From: a bacterium
GTDB lineage: Bacteria; SZUA-182; DTGQ01
DNA length: 64,000 nucleotides
Assembly: GCA_023512255.1 (NCBI GenBank)
Contig: JAILZY010000009.1
Span: 4,011 to 68,010, forward strand
Direction of reading: 5' to 3'
This document shows, piece after piece, positions 1-8,918 of this stretch. A model generated the notes under the pieces. That model was not told the origin of the DNA. It saw nothing but the letters and a program-made list of their open reading frames with translations, and ran no database searches. Within the stretch, counting starts at the first letter, position 1; each line of letters begins with the position of its first letter. A program made the translations under genes and the position numbers.

Positions 1-216
1 CTGGTGCTAAAAGCCATTATTGATTTTGAAAAAGAGCGCCGGGCTATTCTTGGCCAGGATGTAGTCAAGAGCGGAGATATTTTGGAAAATACACAAATAG
101 GTAACCGGCTAGTAAATATGAAGGTTCTAAGCATTGGAGAAAATACCGTAACTTTGGGAGACGGACAAGAGCGCTATACCCTGAAGCTGTCTCCTAATCC
201 GGTTCAATTTAAATAG
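1..216 (+). CDS. 3' part of a pilus/T2SS accessory protein (PilP/GspB-like), open at the window edge
   Basis: Frame is open from base 1; pattern 'LKAII..AIL..VKSGDIL..KVLSIGENTVTL'; ends 4 nt before the secretin gene. Confidence 0.5.
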   Translation: MVLKAIIDFEKERRAILGQDVVKSGDILENTQIGNRLVNMKVLSIGENTVTLGDGQERYTLKLSPNPVQFK

Positions 217-220
217 GGAG

Positions 221-1849
221 ATGTGTATGAAACCTCAGAGGAGAAAATGTTGGCTTTGGATGCCATCCCTCTTGATTCTTTCGTTGAGCAGTCTTGTATC
301 TGTGTTTGCCGTGAGCCCCTGTTGTCAGGCCGGGAGAAGAAAACCGTATGCTTCTGATATTTCCGATCATGATTTCCCTTATGAAAACTGTTCTCTTAAA
401 GCCGTTGACGCTGATGTCAGGAATGTGTTGCGGGCCTTTGCTGACAAGTATAAACTGAGCATCATCATGAGCGATGATGTTCAGGGAAAGGTCAGCATTA
501 TTGTTAATAATATCCCTGTCAAGGAGGCTTTTGAAAGCATCTTAAACTATGCAGACCTTGGTTATATAAAAGAAGGAGCCATTTATCGGATCAGGCCGCT
601 CGAAAAGCTGCTTAACCAGGAGAGTATGAATCAGCGTATTGAGGAGCTTCGGACCGAGGTTATCCCTTTAAAGTATGCCAATGCAGAGCGGCTGATACCC
701 AATTTGACCAAGTTTAAATCAAACCTGCCTGAGGCTGTAGTTGATGCTGATAAATGGACTAATTCAGTGGTCATCAAAGATACTGTGCAGAAGATTGAAG
801 AGATGAAAGCCTTGATTAGTCGGTTGGATGTGGCCGAGCCGGCTAAAGAGGTCAAGGAACTGACCCAATCGAGCAAGATTATTAAGCTTCACTACCTCAA
901 GTGCCAGGATGTGGCCAAGCTGAAGGCTCTTGAGGGGAAAGTCAGCGCTCATGAGCAAACTAACTCGGTGATCATTACTGATTTGCCGGAAAACATTGGT
1001 CGGCTGGCCTCAATTATAAGTGACTTGGATAAGCCGATACGCCAGATTCTGATTGACGCCAAGATTGTCGAGACAACGAAAAACTACAGCAACAGCTTAG
1101 GCATTCAGTGGGGAGGCCGCTATCATGCCAACCCACCATCAGGGAAAATCATGCCGACCATATCGGTCGGAGGTGCCATGGGAGGGATCAATTACGATAA
1201 TAGCTTAGCCAACTATGCGGTCAATTTGCCTGGATCAGTGGCCCCCTATGGTAGTGTCGATTTCCTACTTGGCCACCTCAAGGATAAAGTGGCTCTGAAT
1301 CTTCGTCTCTCAGCCATGGAAGACAGTGGAAATGGGCGGATTATTTCTCAGCCCCGGATTATGGCTATGGATAATACCCGGGCTACGATCAGCAGCGGTG
1401 AGGTCATTCAACTGCCACCTGTGGCTAATAGTGGATCTACGGTCACGGTGGTGAGTGGTGGCACCACCAGTCAGGAAAACACTACTGCCACTGAGAAGGA
1501 GGCTAAGACTAAGCTGGTTGTAACCCCTCACATCATTTCTGACAACCAGGTTAAGCTTACTATTAACATCAGCCGTGATACTCCAGACTTTAGCCGCACG
1601 ATCAATAATGTTCCGGTTATTATCACCCGTGAGGCAGAAACTGAGCTTATTCTCGAGAATGGGGAAACCGCGGTTATCGGAGGATTAGCGATTAGCGATG
1701 TGTCTCAGACACAGTCTGGCATCCCCTGGCTCAGTAAGATTCCTTTCTTGGGATGGCTATTTAAAGGGAAAGCAAATAGGTCTGAATATGGAGAGTTGCT
1801 CGTTTTTATTACCCCTCATATTATTGAGGGTCAGCAGGCTAAAAATTAG
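221..1849 (+). CDS. pilQ: Type IV pilus/T2SS secretin (PilQ/GspD family)
   Basis: N-domain repeats (LKYANAE..D.WTNSVVIKD), QILIDAKIVE, GETAVIGGL, GIPWLSKIPFLGWLF, ELLVFITPHII. Confidence 0.9.
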   Translation: MCMKPQRRKCWLWMPSLLILSLSSLVSVFAVSPCCQAGRRKPYASDISDHDFPYENCSLKAVDADVRNVLRAFADKYKLSIIMSDDVQGKVSIIVNNIPVKEAFESILNYADLGYIKEGAIYRIRPLEKLLNQESMNQRIEELRTEVIPLKYANAERLIPNLTKFKSNLPEAVVDADKWTNSVVIKDTVQKIEEMKALISRLDVAEPAKEVKELTQSSKIIKLHYLKCQDVAKLKALEGKVSAHEQTNSVIITDLPENIGRLASIISDLDKPIRQILIDAKIVETTKNYSNSLGIQWGGRYHANPPSGKIMPTISVGGAMGGINYDNSLANYAVNLPGSVAPYGSVDFLLGHLKDKVALNLRLSAMEDSGNGRIISQPRIMAMDNTRATISSGEVIQLPPVANSGSTVTVVSGGTTSQENTTATEKEAKTKLVVTPHIISDNQVKLTINISRDTPDFSRTINNVPVIITREAETELILENGETAVIGGLAISDVSQTQSGIPWLSKIPFLGWLFKGKANRSEYGELLVFITPHIIEGQQAKN

Positions 1850-1913
1850 CTCAAAAATTCATGATTGCAGAAAAAAATGAGCATTTAAAATAAAAAAGCT
1901 AGGGAAAATTCAC

Positions 1914-3644
1914 ATGTCGAAGGGATATCGACAAGAATATGATCTTCTTGGCAATCTTCTGATCAAGGATAACCTGATCACCAAAGGGCAACTGGAAGAG
2001 GCCTATCGGAAACACAAGCATACTGGTGAGCGGCTGGGCGACATTTTGCTGAACATGGGCTTGATTTCCGAACAGGACCTTTTGAAAACCTTGGCTAAAC
2101 AGCTCCATATCGAGTATATTGATCGTGAGGGGCTTAGCCATGTAAATCAGGCTCTTGCTCAGATGATTCCAGAATCAATGGCCAGAAAGTACCTAGCCCT
2201 TCCCTTTTCTGTTAATGACAACACCTTGACGGTGGTCATGTCAGACCCCTTTGACCTTCTGGCCATTGATAACATTCAAAAAGTTACTCAACGGGAAATC
2301 AGACCAGCTATTGCCGCTAAACGAGATATCGAAGATTCGATCAATCTCCTGTATAAAAAGCGGGAGGAGGCTCAACTTCTGGAGGTTCTCGAAGACCTCC
2401 ACGCTCAGCACCTCGAAATCCAGGAACGTAAGGAAGAGGAAAAGGTTGATCTTGAGTCTTTAAAGCAGCAGGTTGAGGATGCTCCAGTGGTTAAGCTGGT
2501 TGATTATATCATCAGCAACGCCATTTCTAAAAGGGCTAGTGATATCCATATTGAGCCCACAGAAAAGGAACTGCTGATTCGCTACCGGATAGATGGGGTT
2601 TTGCATAAGATTCTCTCCCCATCCAAACAACTGCAATCAGCTATTATCTGCCGGATCAAGATCTTGTCCAATTTGGACATTGCCGAGCGAAGGCTTCCCC
2701 AGGATGGAAGGTTTACGGTCAAGTTCGGCAGTCGAGAGATTGATCTTCGAGTCTCTAGCGTGCCAACGATTTTTGGTGAGAAGATCGTTTTACGGCTCCT
2801 GGAGAAAAGCTCTTTCAACTTCCGCTTGGAAGAGCTGGGTATGGACAATCATCAGCTGAAGATCTTCAGGCATCATATGTATCTGCCCTACGGCATGATT
2901 CTCCTGACTGGCCCTACGGGAAGCGGAAAATCAACCACCCTCTATTCCATCCTCTCCCGGATACGATCACCGGAGAAAAATATCATCACCATTGAAGATC
3001 CGGTAGAGTACCAGATAGAGGGAATAAACCAGATCCAGGCGAATTTCAAGATCGGCCTTTCCTTTGCTCAGGGCCTGCGGTCAATCCTGCGGCAGGATCC
3101 CGACGTCATTATGGTTGGCGAGATCAGGGATCAGGAAACTGCTGAGATTTCGATCCGCTCTGCTCTGACCGGGCATCTTGTTTTCAGCACGCTGCATACT
3201 AACGATGCGGTCGGAACCCTTATCCGCCTAATTAATATGGGCATTGAACCCTTTCTGGTTTGTAACTCCCTGACCTTGGCTGTGGCTCAGCGGCTGGTGC
3301 GTCGCATCTGCGTCCATTGCAAGGAGGCCTATACTCCTAGCGAAACCCTGATCGAACACTTTGGTCTACAGCCTGACCGGAATGAAAGTGTAGTTTTCTA
3401 TCGTGGTCGGGGCTGTGAGAAATGTAACTATACCGGATATTTTGGCCGGATTGGCATATTCGAGCTCCTGGTAGTGAATCAATCTATTCGGAATCTAGTT
3501 CTCCAGAACGCTTTGCCTGATATCATCAAGAGAAAGGCTATTGAAAATGGAATGACTACCTTGCTGGAGAGCGGCCTGCACAAAGTGATTCAGGGGATTA
3601 CCTCTATTGAGGAAATTTTCAGAACATGCATGGAGGAAGATTAG
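1914..3644 (+). CDS. pilB: PilB/GspE assembly ATPase with N-terminal MshEN-type domain
   Basis: ASDIHIEP, Walker A GPTGSGKSTT, LRQDPDVIMVGEIRD, TGHLVFSTLHTN, two CxxC; N-terminal RLGDILLNMGLI motif. Confidence 0.92.
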   Translation: MSKGYRQEYDLLGNLLIKDNLITKGQLEEAYRKHKHTGERLGDILLNMGLISEQDLLKTLAKQLHIEYIDREGLSHVNQALAQMIPESMARKYLALPFSVNDNTLTVVMSDPFDLLAIDNIQKVTQREIRPAIAAKRDIEDSINLLYKKREEAQLLEVLEDLHAQHLEIQERKEEEKVDLESLKQQVEDAPVVKLVDYIISNAISKRASDIHIEPTEKELLIRYRIDGVLHKILSPSKQLQSAIICRIKILSNLDIAERRLPQDGRFTVKFGSREIDLRVSSVPTIFGEKIVLRLLEKSSFNFRLEELGMDNHQLKIFRHHMYLPYGMILLTGPTGSGKSTTLYSILSRIRSPEKNIITIEDPVEYQIEGINQIQANFKIGLSFAQGLRSILRQDPDVIMVGEIRDQETAEISIRSALTGHLVFSTLHTNDAVGTLIRLINMGIEPFLVCNSLTLAVAQRLVRRICVHCKEAYTPSETLIEHFGLQPDRNESVVFYRGRGCEKCNYTGYFGRIGIFELLVVNQSIRNLVLQNALPDIIKRKAIENGMTTLLESGLHKVIQGITSIEEIFRTCMEED

Positions 3645-3650
3645 TCACCT

Positions 3651-4898
3651 ATGCCTGTTTTTCAATATAAAGCTAAGCGGTTTGATGGAAAAACCATAGC
3701 CGGCGTCATCGAGCTCGATAGTGAAATGACGCTTATCGACCGTCTCCACCGCAAGAATGCTGTTCTCTTGTCAGCCAGTCAGATTGAGGATGGCAGACAG
3801 GCTAAAATTACCAAGGCTGGCTTTGGAGAAAAACTGCGGACCAGATTTAACAAAATCTTCAATTCCATATCTTCTAATGAAATTTTACTCTTTACTCATC
3901 AGATGGCCGCCATGTTCGGAGCTGGAGTCCCCCTCTCCCGCTGTCTTGAATCATTAGGCAAGGATTTAAAAAACAAAAAATTCCGCGATATTGTTTCCGA
4001 AATTCACCGCGATATTGAAAGTGGGGACGATCTATCCGAGGCTATGGCCAAGCATCCTCATGTTTTCAGCAAACTCTACATTAACATGATCCATGCCGGT
4101 GAATCGAGCGGGACACTAGCAACCATTCTCAGCCAGTTATCCTTTTATCAGGAAACAGCCACAGAGGTACGGGGCAAGCTCAAGGCTGCTTTGGCTTACC
4201 CCATCGCTCTGATCTCATTCACTCTGGTGGTCATGTTAATCTTGCTTTTGGTCATTATCCCCCAGTTCAATCAGATCTATAGCCGGCTAAATACTCCTCT
4301 GCCGCTGCCAACAAAAATTTTGATGAAAATCAGCACAACCATCAGGTATGGGTATTACTGGTACCTGATAGGTTTCTTCAGCCTGTGGGTCTTGTGGGGG
4401 CTTATCTTGCAAACTTCATGGGGAAGATATACCTGGGATAGACTCAAATTGCGAATTCCTATTATCGGTCCTATTATACTTAAAGGGATTTTCACTCAAT
4501 TTTCAAGAACCCTTTCCATTCTCTTGAAAAGCGGCTTGCCTGTTATCCAGTCACTGCGAATTATCAGTGAGTCAACTCCTAATGCGTATATCAAGAAAAA
4601 GGTTGAGGAGTGTGCAATCAAGATACAAAAAGGAGCTACGATCTCCGAGGCCTTCGCCGAAGGGGAGGTTTTCCCTGAACTCATGCTCCAGATGATTTCT
4701 TCAGGTGAGGAGTCAGGGACCCTATTTGCCATGCTGGCCAAAGTGGCTGACTTTTATCAGCAACAGGTAAGTACCACTGTAGCTACGCTGACTTCCATTA
4801 TAGAGCCTGTATTAATTGTCATTATGGGTCTGATTATTGGCTCAATCGCCATCTCGGTCTTCCTGCCGATTTTCAAGATGGGAGGAGCATTTCACTAG
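3651..4898 (+). CDS. pilC: PilC/GspF inner-membrane platform protein
   Basis: MPVFQYKA start, AGESSGTL, YP motif, GEESGTL, IEP..FLPIF. Confidence 0.92.
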   Translation: MPVFQYKAKRFDGKTIAGVIELDSEMTLIDRLHRKNAVLLSASQIEDGRQAKITKAGFGEKLRTRFNKIFNSISSNEILLFTHQMAAMFGAGVPLSRCLESLGKDLKNKKFRDIVSEIHRDIESGDDLSEAMAKHPHVFSKLYINMIHAGESSGTLATILSQLSFYQETATEVRGKLKAALAYPIALISFTLVVMLILLLVIIPQFNQIYSRLNTPLPLPTKILMKISTTIRYGYYWYLIGFFSLWVLWGLILQTSWGRYTWDRLKLRIPIIGPIILKGIFTQFSRTLSILLKSGLPVIQSLRIISESTPNAYIKKKVEECAIKIQKGATISEAFAEGEVFPELMLQMISSGEESGTLFAMLAKVADFYQQQVSTTVATLTSIIEPVLIVIMGLIIGSIAISVFLPIFKMGGAFH

Positions 4899-4900
4899 GG

Positions 4901-4998
4901 AGAGCAGCCGCTAAGGGAAGAGGACAGCCAATAAAGTAAGAGGGCAGCCACTTAAGGAAGAGTAGCTACTATAAGAAGGAAGAGGGTAGCTGCTAATT
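4901..4998 (+). repeat. Degenerate 20-bp tandem repeat right after the pilC stop
   Basis: agagcagccgctaagggaag / aggacagccaataaagtaag / agggcagccacttaaggaag at exact 20-bp period, then two more degenerate units. Confidence 0.7.
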
Positions 4999-5103
4999 AT
5001 AAGCCATTAATTAATGGTGGGGAGCAAAGGGAGGCCTTACCAAACAGGGCACGATTACCAAACTATGGAGAAATTATCGAGCAGCCGCTAATTGCAGCCC
5101 TAG

Positions 5104-5268
5104 AAGTTTCCCTCATACAGAGGGGAGCCATGCTATCATCATCAATCAACTCAAAATCAATCAACTCAAACCCTATGCGAAGTTTCCCTCACACAGAAGG
5201 GATGTATGGTGGCCTGTGCAGTCTTATCCTGCTCGAAGGGAGAAGCTACCCTCATACATAGGGGAGCC
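5104..5268 (+). repeat. Three spaced ~25-bp hairpin-type repeats
   Basis: aagtttccctcatacagaggggagcc (5104), aagtttccctcacacagaaggga (5180), aagctaccctcatacataggggagcc (5243). Confidence 0.7.
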
Positions 5269-5367
5269 TTCCTTACATTAAGAGAGCCATCCTCCATTAA
5301 ATAAAAAAGGCAGGGGAAAGGGGATGAGAGGTTGGGTATTCATTGAGGGGGGAGTATATACCAGTCC

Positions 5368-5664
5368 ATGGTCGAAATTCGTAAGTATCCTATCAAATCT
5401 AAGAAAGTAAATTTAAAGGTAGTTATCTTCACTTCCGATACAAAAATTATCGGTACTATTCATATTCCGGGTGGAAGGCTTACTGATTTTCTAAACAGTA
5501 AGGGTTCATCAGAGGTTGAATTATTTATTCCGATAACTGATGCTTCAATATATGAAAAAAATTCTGATAATATGCTATATTTTACAAAATTTTTGAGCAT
5601 CAACAGGGAGCAGATCATGTTTATTTTCCCCCTGGATGATGACTCCGAAGTAGCTGTTGAATGA
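5368..5664 (+). CDS. Conserved hypothetical protein (DUF6812-like)
   Basis: I.GTIH..RLTDFLN..FIPITDA..INREQI pattern; purine-rich RBS upstream. Confidence 0.7.
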   Translation: MVEIRKYPIKSKKVNLKVVIFTSDTKIIGTIHIPGGRLTDFLNSKGSSEVELFIPITDASIYEKNSDNMLYFTKFLSINREQIMFIFPLDDDSEVAVE

Positions 5665-5734
5665 GTCAAAGCTCATAAGAGTCAAAAATTTTCCATGAGA
5701 AATAAACAGATCATGGGAGGGGGGATAAAGAAAG

Positions 5735-6550
5735 ATGCCCAGAGGAAAGCAGGTGCTTAAAACCTCTCCATTATGCCTGCTTCTCCTGTTGCTGTTTTTG
5801 GTCTCCTGTGCCAATACTAAAGCCTGTGACCAAATGAAGCTTGATCTTGCCGAGGTGAAAGAGCAGATGCAGGCCTGTAGAAAGAAGCAGAATCAGATAG
5901 CTGCCTCAGCCGAGCAGATGCAGCGAAGCTTTTCGCGGCTAGAGGAGAAGGTCGCTCATCTTGAAGAGCGGCTGCGGAATTTAGAGCGAAGCGAGTTAGA
6001 GTCGATCTCAAGCCAAAGTCAAGAAGGCACTGATACTGATCAAGACCAGAAGCTAAAGCCGTCGAGGGCTGATCAGCTTGGTGGTGGGGTATCTAAACAA
6101 CAGGCTTCTGTCAAGGAGACTGCCTCCAGCAGAGAGACTGAAAGCTATTCTACTGGTGGAGATGATTTATACAACCAGGCCTTGGCAAAGCTTCGTCAAG
6201 GGGATGTTGATGAGGCCTCGGAGATGTTTCAGGAGTATCTCGAATCCTTCCCTAATACCCCTCTTACTGATAACGCTGCTTACTGGTTAGCTGAGTGTTT
6301 TTACCATCAGCGAAAATTCACTCTGGCCGCTGACTATTTTCAAAGGGTCATCGATCGTTATCCTAATGGCGATAAGGTAGCCGCGGCTACCCTAAAGTTA
6401 GGATATTCCTATTTTAATCTTGGTGACTTGCGCACCGCAAGATCCATTTTACAAGATCTTATGGCCGAATACCCCAAAAGTGAGGAGGCGCTGTTGGCTC
6501 AAAAAATGGTGGATAGAATTAATTCCCCACACATCAATCTCACCCATTAA
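5735..6550 (+). CDS. cpoB: Tol-Pal/cell division coordinator CpoB (YbgF), lipoprotein
   Basis: Lipobox LVSC, coiled coil, TPR motifs NAAYWLAECFY and YPNGDKVAAATLKLGY. Confidence 0.85.
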   Translation: MPRGKQVLKTSPLCLLLLLLFLVSCANTKACDQMKLDLAEVKEQMQACRKKQNQIAASAEQMQRSFSRLEEKVAHLEERLRNLERSELESISSQSQEGTDTDQDQKLKPSRADQLGGGVSKQQASVKETASSRETESYSTGGDDLYNQALAKLRQGDVDEASEMFQEYLESFPNTPLTDNAAYWLAECFYHQRKFTLAADYFQRVIDRYPNGDKVAAATLKLGYSYFNLGDLRTARSILQDLMAEYPKSEEALLAQKMVDRINSPHINLTH

Positions 6551-6567
6551 TCAAGGAGGTTGCACCG

Positions 6568-7680
6568 ATGGCCAGGCAAAGGAAAAATTGGTTATTCATT
6601 AGCTTGTTCTCTGTTTTTGGCGCCATAGGGATGTTGCTATACTCACTTCCGCTTGAGGCAGAACAGGCCCCATCAGTATATATCGTCCAGGAGGGTGATA
6701 CTTTGTGGGATATTTCAAAACGCTTTTTCAACAGTCCCTTCATTTGGCCTACTCTCTGGGAAAAGAACAAGCATATTAAAGATCCGCAATGGATTTATTC
6801 AGGACAGCCCTTGCTGCTCGGAGAAAAAAGACCGGTTGATGACAGCTTTGATCGTTCCGCTGATCATCCGTCGGCCCGCATAGTCAAGGCCTCTCCTCCT
6901 AAATCTGCTGATAGCTCAGCCGCCGCCTTAGTGCAATCAGGAGTGCAATCAGCAGATACCTCTGCCCCAGAGGCTTCAGAATATCTGATTACCCGTGAGC
7001 AGGTAGACTCCTGTGGCTATATCCTCTCTAGGCAGCAGATGCTGGCCAGAGAGAAGGAGGAGCAGTGGGGTGCGGTGATCGATGCTAGGGAAAACAAGAT
7101 TAGCTACAGCTATCCAGACCTAATTTACATCAACAAGGGCAAGGGGCAGGTTTCGCCAGGCGCTCGATTTACTGTGTTTCGGCCCTATGATCTGGTTATT
7201 CACCCTGAATCTGGCCAGGAAATCGGCTATAAGATTCAGATCCTTGGAATCATTGAGGTGCGGGAAGTCTTTGAGCAGATCGCCCTGGCTCAGATTATCA
7301 AATCGTTTTCAGAGATTCATCTAAACGACAGAATCAGACCTTATGAGCAAATTCCTATCCCTGTACGAAGCAAGCCCAAGACAAAGCTGCAAGGGATGGT
7401 CATTGCCAGTGAGGATGGACGGATAAATTTATCCTTTCACAATATTGTTTTTCTTGATCAGGGCAAAAAGCAGAAAATCCAGGCTGGAAATTGTTTTTCC
7501 ATCTACCGCCAGGATATTGTTGATAGTTTGCAGGAAAGAGATCAACAGTCTGAAACTGTGAACGAAGTAATTGGAGAATTAATGGTTCTCAAGGCAGAAG
7601 ATGATACCAGTGCAGCCCTGATCACCAAGAGCAAAGATGCCATTGCTGTCGGCTATAGGTTTTCAGCCCAGCCGGAATAA
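6568..7680 (+). CDS. LysM peptidoglycan-binding protein (TsaP-like)
   Basis: Signal peptide, LysM YIVQEGDTLWDIS..WP.LW..N..IKDPQWIYSG, C-terminal beta domains (IYINKG, IVFLDQG). Confidence 0.8.
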   Translation: MARQRKNWLFISLFSVFGAIGMLLYSLPLEAEQAPSVYIVQEGDTLWDISKRFFNSPFIWPTLWEKNKHIKDPQWIYSGQPLLLGEKRPVDDSFDRSADHPSARIVKASPPKSADSSAAALVQSGVQSADTSAPEASEYLITREQVDSCGYILSRQQMLAREKEEQWGAVIDARENKISYSYPDLIYINKGKGQVSPGARFTVFRPYDLVIHPESGQEIGYKIQILGIIEVREVFEQIALAQIIKSFSEIHLNDRIRPYEQIPIPVRSKPKTKLQGMVIASEDGRINLSFHNIVFLDQGKKQKIQAGNCFSIYRQDIVDSLQERDQQSETVNEVIGELMVLKAEDDTSAALITKSKDAIAVGYRFSAQPE

Positions 7681-7767
7681 GGCAGAAAGGCCAAAAGTGC
7701 TAAAAGTGAGTTTGAATAAAAACACCACACCATCAGTGCGTAACAGACACAGATACAATTAAACAGA

Positions 7768-7789
7768 GGCGGCCCCTTTTTGGGCCGCC
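7768..7789. terminator. Hairpin between convergent genes
   Basis: ggcggccc-cttttt-gggccgcc, 8-bp GC stem. Confidence 0.65.
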
Positions 7790-7837
7790 CCCAAATGTCA
7801 TTTTGTTAGGCGAGAGGAGTAAGAGGACTAATATAAG

Positions 7838-8560
7838 TTAGTTGAGTGTAAATTTAATCCATGTTACGCCTTGTCCTACCCTCACTCCATATGGGTCGCA
7901 GATAACTCTGTTTACCCCTATCCACCATTTCTTGTCATTCATTCCTCCTGGTCTTTCGAGATCAACATTTTCAAGCCGAAGAAGATATGCAGATTGCAAG
8001 GTTGCATTTTGGCTATTGTTGGTGCTATTTACATACTTAGCTTTGATGATAAACTTAGCCGATGTCTTTCCTTGCGGCTTGAGAAAATTATCTACCTGAA
8101 GCATGGGACGAGGATGCTCGGGATAAGAAAAATCATTAGGAAATACCCTTAGAGGGATATTAAGAAGATATGCCGGAAGTACTTTAGTTTCATCATCAAA
8201 ATCTGGGTATGGTGGCGCAATGATAGGCGCAATGATATCCAATTCTGCGTCATTAGAGGTCGTTCCTGCGTCTCCTCCATGTCCATTGTTTGTTTCGGAA
8301 TCCCCTATATTCAGGACATAGCCCTGGGGAGTCTTAAATTCCACATCTACCGTTAAGGTTGTGTAATTTGTCATGTCCACTTCAACTACTCCCCTTTGTG
8401 GTCCCGGCCCTGGGACTATATTTACCGGCCCGCTACAGTTACAGCTACTATTTATAACATCCCAATAACACGTATAACTTATTGCTGCTTGTGCCTGAAC
8501 GGAAAAAAGCATTAGACATACTATTGATAATCCAAAAAAAACCCCCCACTTTTTTAACAT
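7838..8560 (-). CDS. Secreted hypothetical protein
   Basis: Signal peptide ending AQA-A, AAGGAG RBS, distinctive NIGDSETNNGHGGDAGTTSNDAE motif. Confidence 0.8.
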   Translation of the reverse strand: MLKKWGVFFGLSIVCLMLFSVQAQAAISYTCYWDVINSSCNCSGPVNIVPGPGPQRGVVEVDMTNYTTLTVDVEFKTPQGYVLNIGDSETNNGHGGDAGTTSNDAELDIIAPIIAPPYPDFDDETKVLPAYLLNIPLRVFPNDFSYPEHPRPMLQVDNFLKPQGKTSAKFIIKAKYVNSTNNSQNATLQSAYLLRLENVDLERPGGMNDKKWWIGVNRVICDPYGVRVGQGVTWIKFTLN

Positions 8561-8624
8561 ATTATCTCTCCTTACTTAATATTTAGTTTTTAGTTAGGAG
8601 GCCTCCATTTATTTATGTTTAATA

Positions 8625-8640
8625 TGCAATTTCTATACCA
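8625..8640 (-). promoter_or_regulatory. Sigma54 -24/-12 promoter
   Basis: Minus strand TGGTATAGAAATTGCA: GG-N10-GC spacing, close to consensus TGGCAC-N5-TTGCW, 65 nt upstream of the 8560 start. Confidence 0.7.
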
Positions 8641-8788
8641 ATTATTTAATATAATATATTAATAGTATAATAAATATATTATATTAAATATAATAAAAAA
8701 TATAATTAATATTAAAATAAATATTTTATTATTAATTATTATTATTTAAATAAAAATTTTTTTAAATATAAATTGTAAATCAATAAAT

Positions 8789-8827
8789 TATGAAAATCAT
8801 TTCATATAATATGAAAACATTTTCATA
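8789..8827. promoter_or_regulatory. Double palindromic binding site (putative enhancer)
   Basis: TATGAAA-atca-TTTCATA-taa-TATGAAA-acat-TTTCATA. Confidence 0.75.
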
Positions 8828-8918
8828 CAATAAAATTGCTTTTCCTGGTAATTAATTTCCCAAATAAGGTTAGAGCGTTATGGATGGTGTGTATTTATGT
8901 AGCGTTATATGATGGTGC

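Noticed and set aside
5030-5100. c-di-GMP riboswitch after the pilus genes
   Set aside because: Only isolated GCAAA/GGGCAC words, without the paired stems or GNRA tetraloop-receptor layout
5104-5268. CRISPR array
   Set aside because: Only three degenerate repeats, uneven spacing and no cas genes in the window; kept as a low-interest repeat
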